Shown here: positions 12,798 to 24,160 of the stretch, one piece after another
Layout of the letters: the number at the start of each line of letters is the position of its first letter
Numbering within the stretch: position 1 is the stretch's first letter
Origin: Azolla caroliniana
Taxonomy: Eukaryota; Plantae; Polypodiophyta
Length of the DNA stretch: 64,000 nucleotides
Assembly: GCA_043228905.1 (NCBI GenBank)
Contig: JBHGNT010000001.1
Location: 4,030,001-4,094,000, forward strand
Reading direction: 5' to 3'
The notes under the pieces: model-generated
What the model was told of the DNA's origin: nothing
Database searches by the model: none
What the model saw: the letters and a program-made list of their open reading frames with translations, nothing else
Program-made: the position numbers and the translations under genes

Positions 12798-13349
12798 ATC
12801 TTACAGTGAAAATACAGTTTTGTTTACTTCCATTCTGACATTTCCAATGAAATATAGTTAGAAGCGATTTTTTATCTTTCTTGTGTCGTCTCAAAAGCAA
12901 AGAGAAATTCATATAGGTTTTATCTGTGACATCAACATTTGGTAGGCTATGCCAAACTAATCTGGGGGTGGTTAGGCTGTTTTTGAATATCTCATTTGAT
13001 TTATTTTATTGATCTAGGATTCCCACACTTCCGTTGCTTGTTGCAACATGACTCAAATTTGTTGTGTGTTGCTTTTTGTACTAGTAATTGGGTTATTGGA
13101 AGGGCATGTTTGACAATGGTGGTTCAAATCACTAAAAATATTCTTTCTTGTATTTTGAAAGTTTTTCATTGTAGTTTATCTTCATGTGTCTCAATTGTGT
13201 TCCAAGTAGGAGCTATCATCAATCACATTCATGTAAAAGTGGTGGTTGGTGAACTCAACTTTCAAGTATATGCTTTGTTTCCACTCTCGGTAAAGCTAAG
13301 CTCTACCTAGTCAAGTAATATGTTTGCTTATGCACTACTTACAACCATA

Positions 13350-13467
13350 GATTAATGTCACAAAAATTTGTTTTAAACAATGGTAGTACCTAGTTGTTTC
13401 CTCTTTTAACTTATTAGTATCCATGCTGTACTACCATTGCTTAAAATCAATTTTTGTGACATTAATC
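13350..13467. repeat. 40-bp inverted repeat (37/40 matches) with a 38-nt spacer; hairpin or MITE-like
   Basis: gattaatgtcacaaaaatttgttttaaacaatggtagtac (13350-13389) pairs with gtactaccattgcttaaaatcaatttttgtgacattaatc (13428-13467). Confidence 0.88.
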
Positions 13468-14233
13468 ATGCATCACATTACCCCTAATCATAGAAAGAAT
13501 TGTATGACATGTAGATGATGACCTTAATGGCAATCAACCAAAAAATACATTTTCTATTGTCCAAATTGTAGCAAACCCACAAATATAAACTATAGTATAT
13601 GCATATAACTAACTTGAAAATCCCATTTTAACATAAATTTGAAAACCATTATGGAGATGTTCGCTGAACAATGCGATTTGCAATGACCCAAAACTGTCTA
13701 CACTTGAAGGTTGTCAAGCCCTACATGAATCTAGACTTTGCATTCTACCAGCCTTTCAGGTGAAAATCTAGAAAGAATAACCTTAAAAGTTCGATCAATT
13801 TCCCTTGATTATAAAGTTTCAAACAAACATATTTTCTCGTGGCAAACATGTATTAACTTATTCTATTGAACACAATGTAGAGGTCTAGAGGACGGTAATA
13901 GATATTCCAAACATGGAAGGGCAAACATGATGCATTAATGTGGATTCAGAGTTGATAGGATCACAACAAGTAATTCATTATTCATCTATGAATATACATG
14001 ATCACTTTGCAAAGTAATTCAAATAACATCCAATTTTTTCATAGACACGCCGGTTTGATTGAAGTAGCAATATCCGATTGTATTGAAGGGAGGAGGGGTA
14101 GAGGTTGGGAATTGTGAAAAGCAGGAAAGGGTATTTTGTGGGGAATTTAGATAACAAATCTTTTTACGTACATGCTCGATTGAACGGCGGGTACTCTGCC
14201 TGTCTATGGAAACCCAGAGAAGAAAATGCACAG

Positions 14234-14234
<1 letters not shown>

Positions 14235-14266
<32 letters not shown>
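14235..14266. repeat. (TC)n microsatellite, likely in the DRC1 promoter/5' UTR
   Basis: Directly visible. Confidence 0.9.
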
Positions 14267-14271
<5 letters not shown>

Positions 14272-14935
14272 TTCCCTACAAATATTCTGCCACCATAGAC
14301 AAACAGATCAACTAAGAAAACAAAATTTAATGCATTTCTTATTACCATTCCCCATCATTTTTTGGGTTTTTGGGCTGTGTTTCCACAAGGTCGTCCTTGA
14401 TGATTTTCACTTTGTTGCCATTAATCTCAATGATAAGATAAACAATAAGGGTAATATTATTAGATGTTAAACTATACGCAAATTCATACATGATCAATTA
14501 TCTTCATATCTTGTTAGCTTTGATATTTATATATGTAATCGTAAGTTATACAGGAGTTGAGGAACTTAGTTATCTCCTCTGTTTTATTTCACCTTCTTTC
14601 TTTTGTCCTAAATATTGGGAATTTTATGCCTTAATTTATTTAAATATCTAAATTATTGCTTCCCATCTTCCTTATAGGACTCTAAAAATTGACACATCAT
14701 CACATTTAATCTATGTCTTCTGTAGCAAATAACCGTTCATCCAGCAAAGAGGAGATTTTCACAGTTTTTGTTTGATTAATTGTCATACAACCTTTTCTAA
14801 AACTTGTGAAAACTAATCTATGTGAATTTGTAGGTACAAATTTTCTTTTTGGTGGCGAGGATGTTAGAGGAGTCACGTTACTGAGATTGTGCAATATAAG
14901 TAAAGAAGAGTAAAACAATATTTGGTATTGAAAAC

Positions 14936-17900
14936 ATGGAACACAGGAGGGTCAATCTTGCTACAAACGAAGCTTTATTAAAGGGGTACGTACTCTTCTT
15001 TTAACTAGGAATGCGTTTTGTATAGAAACATGTAATGTGGAATAAATAGGTTATAGGGGGTATGCATCAAAAAATATTAAAATGTATTCTATTTGCATTC
15101 AAACTTCTATTTCATCCTTTCCTGATGATTAGAATGTTGAGTTTCTTTTGCTTTTCTACATTTCTGATATGCCTTTCATCTCTTTCTATAGGTAATCTAT
15201 CTCAACATCATGATTCTAATAGAAATTTTGCCATTGATTTTTGTTATTTAATCCCAAAAATTGGGCCAATCTTTCATGGCTTTTCTGTTGGCTTTTGAAC
15301 TTCTCTAAAATAATATATATAGTATCCCTTTATATATATGTGATGTAAAATACTTTACAAGCCACGTGTTTTAATCATCCTTACTTCATGCTTTCTTGAT
15401 GTTAAATGCCAAAATCGATGTCTTTTGGCTTTTCTTTGTCATGTGATGTTGCCGGCTAGCGATAAATATCCAGCTTTGTATTTTCTAGTTTTCTTGCCAT
15501 TTTAACTTTGGAATTTATGTGTATTTGTATGTTTGTTAAGGTGAATTCAATTAAACAAAGGATAAAATAATAACCTGGTAACTGACTTCAAAAAATGTTG
15601 TATGTTTTAGTATTGATCGTATTGTTCATGATGGAAGCATGGAACATAAAACACTTGAGACCACTCGTTGTAGTATAAAAGGTGTGTTTTTGCTGAAGAA
15701 GTGATAAATAATTCTGTTACATATTTTTGAAAAATATTGAAGAACTTATAACATCATAAACTAAAAGACATTAATAATGCACAGAATGAAAAAATTATTA
15801 CGACTATGAAACTTCAGAGTTATGAGGTAGAAGTAGCAGAATACATATTAATGAATTCTAAGTTTGATTGGTGTCCTCTTAGAATCGTGTAGGTTTGGTT
15901 TTTTCCCCTTCTGAACACTATATGTACTAAAAAAAGATAAAAAGAAAAGGGGTAAAGCATTGAGCATCCCCAGCTGATAGGCTGTATATGAGTCAGTAAT
16001 GTTTACATATGAAAGTTTCCTTTAGAAAAGTTTAGGTTGTTTTGGTTCTCTTCTGGACTGTATACATGCTAAAAAAGGAACAAAAGGAAAGGAGTAAAAG
16101 CATTGACCATTTCCGAATGATGGGTTGTATATGAATCAGTGATGTAAACATATGCAAGTGGCGATGCTATATTAGATATACTTAGATAAATCTGCATATG
16201 GCCACATTTATGTCTTCTAGTTTTAACGTCTTATTTTGTAATTTACTGTGAAACTTGGGCTAGCAGGTATCCTTGTGAAAGCAAATGATAATGCTTTTGA
16301 TCGATCACAAATTTGTGCCAGCCTCAACAACACAGCATCAGTAACTGTAAGTTTTTTAATATAACATCTAATCTTCTGGTAATGCCACAAATGCAAATTT
16401 TATTTGGTATAAATCTGTGCCAGTCTCAACAACACAGAATCAGCAATGTTAAGTTTGTTTATCTAATCTTTTGGCAATGTCATATGTGATTATTTTTGTA
16501 CAAATCTGTGCTAGGCTTCACAATACATCATCAGTAATGTAAGTTTCTGCATATAACAACTAATGCTGTATTAACTCCATGAGTCCTTCTTTGCTTCTTT
16601 AAATTGTTCTTTTTTCAGAATGCAATGCTAGTAGCTGCTAACGCTGTGAAAGCAGCAGCATGTGAAGGAGAATGCCAGTACATATCAAGTGAAAAGGGCA
16701 AGAGCATGGTAATAACAAGTATTTTGTTATCTCCTACTATGTCAATTATTTTAAGTTCGTACATGGTCAAACCAATGTCTATAGTTTATATTTGTATGTT
16801 ATGAAGAAATGACATTGAATTGTACATTCTAGTACATTCAGATTTCATTTGATCACAAAGAATGTGATTCGAAACTATACTTAATTGAGCACATAAAATA
16901 CTTTATTCATGTGGGTATTTCTCTTTGGGTTGTCGATAAATAAGCATAGGGAAATAATTTGATCCCACTCACTCTCTGTCAATCTCTGTCTGCCTCATTA
17001 CTCATCAAAATATCCCAGCCAGTCCTTATAATATGTGGGTATATGAGATATCATTGTTTAAGACATCATATCCAACAAAGTGATGCAATTATATTTCTCT
17101 CTGATTCAGTGACCGAAAGGAAGTTTGTCTATTATATGTAGCGGAGTTATGGAGGAGTCACTACCTAGAATATGTAGAGGTTTCATTCGTATTCCTAGAG
17201 GAAGGAACATCGAAAAGGATAGAGGGATCAATTGGCAATCTGGCATATAGGTATTATAGACAGTCTCATCAAGATAGGTGTCCCAATTCATGGTAATGTA
17301 TCTTGTCATTGTTGACGCTATGACCATTCAAATTTCAAAATATATTGTCTGCAGAAAATCACATTTCTACTGCAATTTATGTTGAATGACCTTAATTTTG
17401 TGTTAGGAAATAATCGAGAAGATTAAAGAAGAAGATGTAGTATGTGAGGAAAAGCTAGAGAAAATTCGTCTGAATTGGAAAACATTAATGTCGTGTAATG
17501 CTCCACAAGAGCTTGCATGGCAAGTTTCTGAACAGTGCAAGGTATGATGCTAGCCTTTAAATAGAGAATTTAATTGCACTTCATGAAAGATAATAGCTTT
17601 CTTCTTATTGTGCCAAATTTAGGCATTCGATGAATTAATCAAAGGGAAAAAAAATCTCATGGAAATAATTAAAGGAGAGCTGAAAGCTGTTGATGAAGAT
17701 TATCATAGAATGTTTCGACAACAGTTGAAGGATGTCAATGCACTCATTATTAGCATGAGTTCTCATGTGATAGATTTTCACCATACTCACATGGAGGAGC
17801 TGTCAAAAATTGAGTGTGACTTGTTGGAACAGCGGAAGGATCTCTTATTAAGGTTGCTTGATTTTAATTGCTCATGAATGCCTATTTGTTTTTCCACCCA

Positions 17901-20900
17901 CGTTTGAAGTTTTAGTAATTTCATTTATGACAGAATATCGGGAAGAAGTAATCATGGATAAGGATGAAATAAGCATCATTCATTGCAACCTGGGATGTCA
18001 AAATTTATCGTGTCTCACTTAATAGAAGTGCCAAGTTATTTGCAGTGCTAAGTAAGATAGTGCTTGTAAGGACTTGGTGGAAATTTTCTAAGAATGCTGA
18101 AATGTAGACTAAGAAAGGCATTAGTACAATGTAGAGTACTCTCAAACCATTTGGAAATTACATTCGATGATTGTGCTCTATTCTCTTGGAGAAAGACCTG
18201 TCGATGGATGATAGAGTCATCTCCTAATGCTGCTGCATGAATAATGTAGAAAGCCACTGTTTTGAAGTATGTTAAAGGGCCTGAAGGTTCTATTGGAATG
18301 GATGGTTATTTTGGGTATGGGCATGTACTTCAGATGAAACAGTATGACATGTGACATTGCTGATATGGAGGAAGATAGAAAAGTATTGACGCATCAAAAT
18401 TAGAGGATATATTAGGATTTTAATCATTTCGTGATGTTGCATACATAAGGAAAAATAGCCAGTCTAGCTGTCCTAGATTTTGATAATGTGTGATGAGCTT
18501 GATGTTGTAGGGACCTTGAATGAACATACACAATATGGGTAGGAGGCGGCTTCTTGTGCTAGAAATTTAATGCTACTACACAACAGCCAACATCGTTCCT
18601 TGTAATGGATTTATAATTCAGTACATCCTAGTTTCAGCATAACAAATTTTGTTGTGAAAATCTCCAGTATAACCTTCGTTCACATCTTGTTCATATATTT
18701 TGGTCTAATTTAAATTGGAATCATGTCTGAGGAATTCTGCTATTTCTGTGAAACATTTTGAGTTATTTTATGCACGCATCTATTGAAATATATGCGCAGT
18801 CATATGTACATGCATACCTGCACATATACAACAATGCACATATATATTAACATCAAATCTTGGTGTAATTTTACATCTGTTTTCTTTGTCATAGAAATAA
18901 AGCAGAAGTAGATGGCTTATTAAAAAATGTACGAGCAAAGGAAAGTTCCTTAAAAGAGGACCTGTTGAAGCGGATAGAATCCTATACAAAGTCCTTGGAT
19001 ACTATTCGTACAGAAGATACTGAGGACTATAATCTTCTTAAAGTTCGGCTTGAAACTGATATACAAACCCTGCAACAACATCTAGAGTCCATGGCTGCAG
19101 CTTATCAATTGAATACTGAGAAGCTAGATTACAATTACGCGGTTCTTGTTGAGAGGGACCATGATAACTATGTTACAGCTGGTCAACAGAAGAGAAAACT
19201 CACAAAGCAACGCGACACACTCTGTACACTTAAGATGCGCCACAACGACTATGAGAAGCGTTTCCTTATGCAGAATGCGAAACTCACTAATGATTATGAG
19301 AAGGTCGTAAAGCTTCTGCAAGATTTGCAGAACAAAGAACACCAGCTACAGGCTGCTCAAGAGAAAGAATATTGGGAATTCCTTCACATGCATCACCAGT
19401 CTCTGTCAATACTAGCAAGTAAACTGCTTCAGGCAAGAGAACATACTGCTTTTTGTTGTTAAACCATGCTCATGATATCCGTGGTCATGGTATACTTCCA
19501 TAAAAAAATCATGGTACGCATTTAGTATAGGCCCTCGTTTTTAATAAGCCAAATTGCCAAAAAAATCAATAGGATATAGATTCCTGGAAAACTGAGTTCA
19601 TTACAACCTAATAATCTTTATCCTTTTCCATTTTTGTTCTTACGGGATATTAAGGAACTCTTACTTTGAGAAATAGTGATGAGATATTATGGCCATTTTG
19701 GTCATGTTCTTGAACTGCACATTTCAACCCATATTCAAACATTGTTATCATGAAACTTTGAGTATGAGCTGAGGAATGGAGAGCATGAGGAGTACTTGGG
19801 GTGTATCAATTTGAATTGGATCTTTCATGTCACCGTGAAAGTTTAGCATTAATGGTATATAATGTCCTTAGAACATCTGTTAGCATGTCTTCTTCTCCAT
19901 TGGAATAATTACTTCTTTACAATCATATACCCCCTTCCACTAAACCATCAAGTTAGTTTATGGATGATTTTCAAAATCTGAGTAGATGTACATTCTTTTT
20001 TGTTATTTTCAGGCTGACAAGAAGATACATGAACAACTATTAGGTTGGGTGTGGCATGCACCACCGACAGATGTATTTTTATCATTTGGATCAGTTATTT
20101 CATCACAAAGGAAAGCACATGCTCGAATTTCAGCTCCAATGGAGGATACGAATGAACAGGGCACAGGTGGGCTATTTTCATGGTGGATATCTATAAATTT
20201 CCTATCATAACTTTTTTTGGCGGTGCATTTATTTTTCTCAGGAAACAAATAGGAATGTCAAATTTCCTCACACTTTTTTCTGATCTGGATATCAATGTAA
20301 CGATTTTACTCAGTTCATGGAATTTTTTCTTTTCTTTATATCAGAGTATTCTCTTTGTTTCTGCTTGTATATGTTTTTTGAAGTCTTGGTGATAGATTAA
20401 AATGTTTCACCTTTTCAAGGTCTCTTACCTGTATTGCCTTCAGTCAGCTAATGTAACACCTCTTACAAGTATTGCCTTAAGTCAGCTAATGTAATCAATT
20501 CTCTCTGAATTTTGTCTTCAAAATTTGTACTCAAGCTCCACATTCTCTTTTTCTCCTCCCTTATAATCCTACCGTGTTACTTATTATTAACATCATTCAT
20601 TTAAATTCTTACATCTTCCACGTGTCAATACCGATTAAATGGAGACAGTGGAGACCTCTGAAAAAAAATCGCATTGGTTTTATGCATTAATAACATGCAA
20701 TTGCAATTCTTTACACTATGATACAGATAGCATCCCTGGGTGTCTTGTGGTTCATCAAACAAAAAAAATAGAGCGTCCCAAGATAACAGAGATAGGTAAA
20801 GTTTGGAGAAGCTATAGTGCTCTGATCTCTCCCAAGGTGCTACATGTATGGGCTGCCTTTGTTGCAACTCTCCTGAACTATCATCGACTTTTACAAAGCA

Positions 20901-21390
20901 GGTGAGCACATTGACAAAGTTGGCCTTGTTCTGCTTCTCACTAGATAGAAAAAAAAAGTCTTCTGAAATTTGAATTTGAGATTATGTGATACACATGTTA
21001 TTCGAGCATTTTAATAGAAAGGCCTTGTTACCTCCTACTAACATGCATAGATGCCATAACTCAAGCCCCAATGGTTTAAACAGTTATATGTACAATGAAC
21101 ATCTTTTCCTGATTATCAGCTCGTAAGATTGTTATAACTAACCAAGTCTCTCCAATTCATGGGTAAACTTCATGTTAAATTCACTTATGATTTCTTTTTT
21201 TACTGTGCCTGTGTAGAACAAAGGTGATGCATGAAGTCTATACACTAGCGCAAGAAAGGGAGCTCTTGCAAGGAGTTTTGAAACACTTCATGACTTCCAA
21301 GGTACCAACATAGTTTCATCACGCATCATCTTGATTACCACATTTCAGTATAAAATTTTCCTCTTATGCCAGGGTTCCAAGAGGAGTTGA
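14936..21390 (+). CDS. DRC1: Dynein regulatory complex subunit 1 (DRC1/CCDC164) homolog. Supported exons 16267-16346, 16619-16708, 17407-17541, 17623-17852, 18895-19432, 20013-20166, 20727-20901, 21217-21301, ~21373-21390. Start exon (ATG 14936?) and last exon uncertain
   Basis: EDTEDYNLLKVRLETDIQTLQQHLESMAAAYQLNTEKLDYNYAVLVERDHDN...QQKRKL and LLQADKKIHEQLLGWVW match the DRC1 core. N-terminal WKTLMSCNAPQEL and ELKAVDEDY and C-terminal VWRSYSALISPKVLHVWAAF...YHRLLQSR fit DRC1 domains. Confidence 0.85.
15879..16159. repeat. Two-copy tandem duplication, ~142-bp period, in a DRC1 intron
   Basis: ttaga...taggtt...ctaaaaaa...aaagcattga.cat...tgtatatga.tcagt.atgt..acatatg.aagt appears twice. Confidence 0.8.
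16307..16565 (+). repeat. Three ~95-100-bp copies of a DRC1 exon 3' end plus its donor site
   Basis: aaatttgtgccagcctcaacaacacagcatcagtaact|gtaagttt is echoed at ~16411 (cagcaat|gttaagttt) and ~16501 (cagtaat|gtaagttt). Confidence 0.85.
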
Positions 21391-22646
21391 ATTTACTGCC
21401 ACAACAACAAATTTGTAAAGAGGCATTTCTAAAAAAATTGTACATAAAACAATGACAAAACATGCAGGGTTCACGTATCTAGGTGTTCCATAGATTGCTG
21501 TAGAGAATGCATAAGGAGATACACTATCTCATATAATTCTTAAAGGAAGATCAAATTTTTATTTTAATCTACCTGAAAATAAAATTGCCCATTTCCCATT
21601 CGAAAATTTTGAATTATACTCTTTAGAACTGAGAACGACTAGCATTGTACTTGAGGTGTTCGTGCACACACAAAATTCCTCATTCAATTGGTAACATAGA
21701 ATATTTGCAGTGCAATTCATCCTAATAATTGGGTTTATATTCCCAAACCTAACATGAAGCTACAGAACAAGAAATCATCAAATGAATCCAGTCTATCTGT
21801 TATGTTGAATATTGATAAGCACCTTGCCATCTCCCATATAACAGTCTAACAAACAAGAAAATACTGTTTGCTACTTCTTGAATGATGTATGGAAGAGGGA
21901 GAACAACTGATACAGAACCATGAAACTCTTTTGTCCATAATATTGTTCATGTTGAATATCTCATTCACAGTACAAAACTAAAATAAATAAATAAATATAT
22001 TGTTCATGAAATTAAAATGGGTCCTATCAAATTCCATTATGGAGTTGATCGTCATTAGTCAATCAATTTGAACTTCTTGCCTTGTGCATGACCAATTAAA
22101 TATTAAAAAGCTATGGATTTCATGATTTAATACATCAAGAACCTACTATAATCGTTGGCCAAGTTTCGTGGTTTGGTCTCAAAAGACAATGAGATACACC
22201 TGGCTCAGATTGCAAATAAACCAATGCTTTACCACTTGCTCTGTCTACTTACTACTCGTCCATTGATTCACACTTCTCTTCATCAGCTTAAATATTTTAA
22301 AAGCCAAAGAGTAGAATGCACAGCATAACAGAATTGAGAAACTAGAGATTTCAAAAAACAAAAGGCAAAAATGCAATAAGGAAAACATGGGTAACTTTAC
22401 AACTGAAGCATTATAACAATGGGGATGACATGTATTAATAAAGATGAGGAGGTTTAACACAAACATTTTTTTAAAACTATCTCTTCACTGTGACATGACT
22501 GCAAGCATTAGCTGGTTCAGGCCTTGGAAACCCGCAAATTTCCTTTTCACGGGCCATGGCCAAGGTTTCATGTACAAAAAAAAACGAAAGAAGAAAACAA
22601 AAAGAGCGCTTTTCTGTTATTCTTTCCCCCGTGTTCTTTTGCTTTT

Positions 22647-22865
22647 TCACTTAAGATCTGGTGAGAATCGTGGAGATCTGAGGGCAGATGACTCCCTGCG
22701 AAGCTCTTTGACGACTGCGGCGAGAGCCTCAGGGTTGATCCCGTGTTCACAAAGAGCGATAATGATGGCCAGAGTCGAGCGATCGAGTCCTGTGTTGAGC
22801 AAGTTGGACATCATATAAGCCAAATCGAGGGCCTCCTTCGCTCTCTGCATCTTCATTTCGTCCAT
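22647..22865 (-). CDS. MZT1: MOZART1 / GCP3-interacting protein (gamma-tubulin complex), 72 aa, intronless CDS
   Basis: MDEMKMQRAKEALDLAYMMSNLLNTGLDRSTLAIIIALCEHGINPEALAAVVKELRRE matches the MZT1/GIP1 signature (LNTGLD...GINPEALA.VVKELR); true ATG at 22865 lies inside the longer ORF. Confidence 0.95.
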   Translation of the reverse strand: MDEMKMQRAKEALDLAYMMSNLLNTGLDRSTLAIIIALCEHGINPEALAAVVKELRRESSALRSPRFSPDLK

Positions 22866-23723
22866 TATTACATATAAATCTGTCTCTATCACTGTCACTA
22901 GCGCTGTGTGTCTGAGCCTCTGTTTCTGTGTCTCTGTTTCAGTTTTCTCTTTGTATTTCTGCCTGTGTATGCAGAATGATGAATGAATGAAGAAGAAGAA
23001 GAAGAAGAAGAAGAATCTACTACAAGTAAAAAATAACAGAACTAAAAACTGTTTTCTTTCATCCAAGCCTTTCCTTTTTCACACTGGATGGATTGAACCC
23101 TTTGAGAGGAAAGAGATTTCACGGAGCCGAAATATATCCCGATAACATTGGACCACCCCCATAACATTATGGACTTCTCTACTGGTCTCAAGGCATACCC
23201 CGCCCGTTGTCCCACCCAAAGAAGATTTTGGGCGGGGGAGTGTGATGGTGGGTAAATGTCCACTCTTGAAGTCCGATTCTCTCTCATTTCATGCATGGTT
23301 GATTCATACCTGGCTGATATTGCGGGGTCCTGCATACAAGGCATAAAGAAAATGGGGTGGGGGTCGTCTTGGCCTTTCCTTCCTACTCATGGTTGCTTGG
23401 GGAAAAGAGTATCAACGTTGCTATCTTTTGTTGGTATTGTGAATCACAATGTCTTTTTGTCTGAATTGGATCGAGAATGTTTGTTTTCCTAGTAGTGTTT
23501 CTCAGTGCAACAAATGCTACATCATTTTACAATGAAGCAAAATCTTGTTGACAATGAGTATTTGTAAAATTGATATTATTCAAATCTATATACTATATTA
23601 GTTACACATACGTTGCTACTTTGATGTTGGGACGTGAGAGTTTTCACTTGGTAGATATGCTAATGAAATCATGCCACAAACAAAATGCATTATGATTACA
23701 CATTGGTATGGAGCGTTGGTTTC

Positions 23724-23936
23724 GTGATGATTGTGAACCCCTCCTATTTTCAAGCAAACCATGACATATGTTGATCACATGAATTTCATAATCACATCAA
23801 TGCACAAATAGACAAAGCAGAGACTCTCTCGTGACCATTCATTCTGTGATGGTTGTGAACCCCTCCTATTACGAGGCAACCCATGAAACATGTTGATCAA
23901 ATGAATTTCACAATCACATCAATGCACAAGTAGACA
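23724..23936. repeat. Two-copy tandem duplication, ~122-bp period, between MZT1 and the PPR gene
   Basis: gtgatg.ttgtgaacccctcctatt...ccatga...atgttgatca.atgaatttca.aatcacatcaatgcacaa.tagaca appears twice. Confidence 0.88.
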
Positions 23937-24160
23937 TTCGGGCTATACTACCATTCAAGTCGATCAATTTGATGGCACCGATGGTTCCATCCAAGAATCA
24001 ACAAGGAGGTCTAATGATATAAAAGGATCCGGGGAATATCCGACAAGTTACGGAGCCATACGTCCGGGCAATGCCACCCCTACACACACTCACACACCCA
24101 TGTGTGACTGACTGACTTTGTTGTGACCAAAGACACTTGTGAGATTTTTCATGGCCTTTG

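Noticed and set aside
16267-16275. GTATCCTTG resembling a U12-type 5' splice site in DRC1
   Set aside because: It directly follows a CAG acceptor and opens a frame (GILVKANDNAFDRSQICASL) that joins the next DRC1 exon, so it is better read as an exon start; no U12 branch point identified
20253-20296. Candidate DRC1 mini-exon GMSNFLTLFSDLDIN
   Set aside because: It ends in phase 0 while the next supported exon starts in phase 1; skipping it keeps the frame, so it is not supported without RNA data
22866-23066. N-terminal extension of the MZT1 ORF to 139 aa
   Set aside because: The extension is poly-F/low-complexity 5' UTR sequence; family members are about 70 aa and homology starts at ATG 22865
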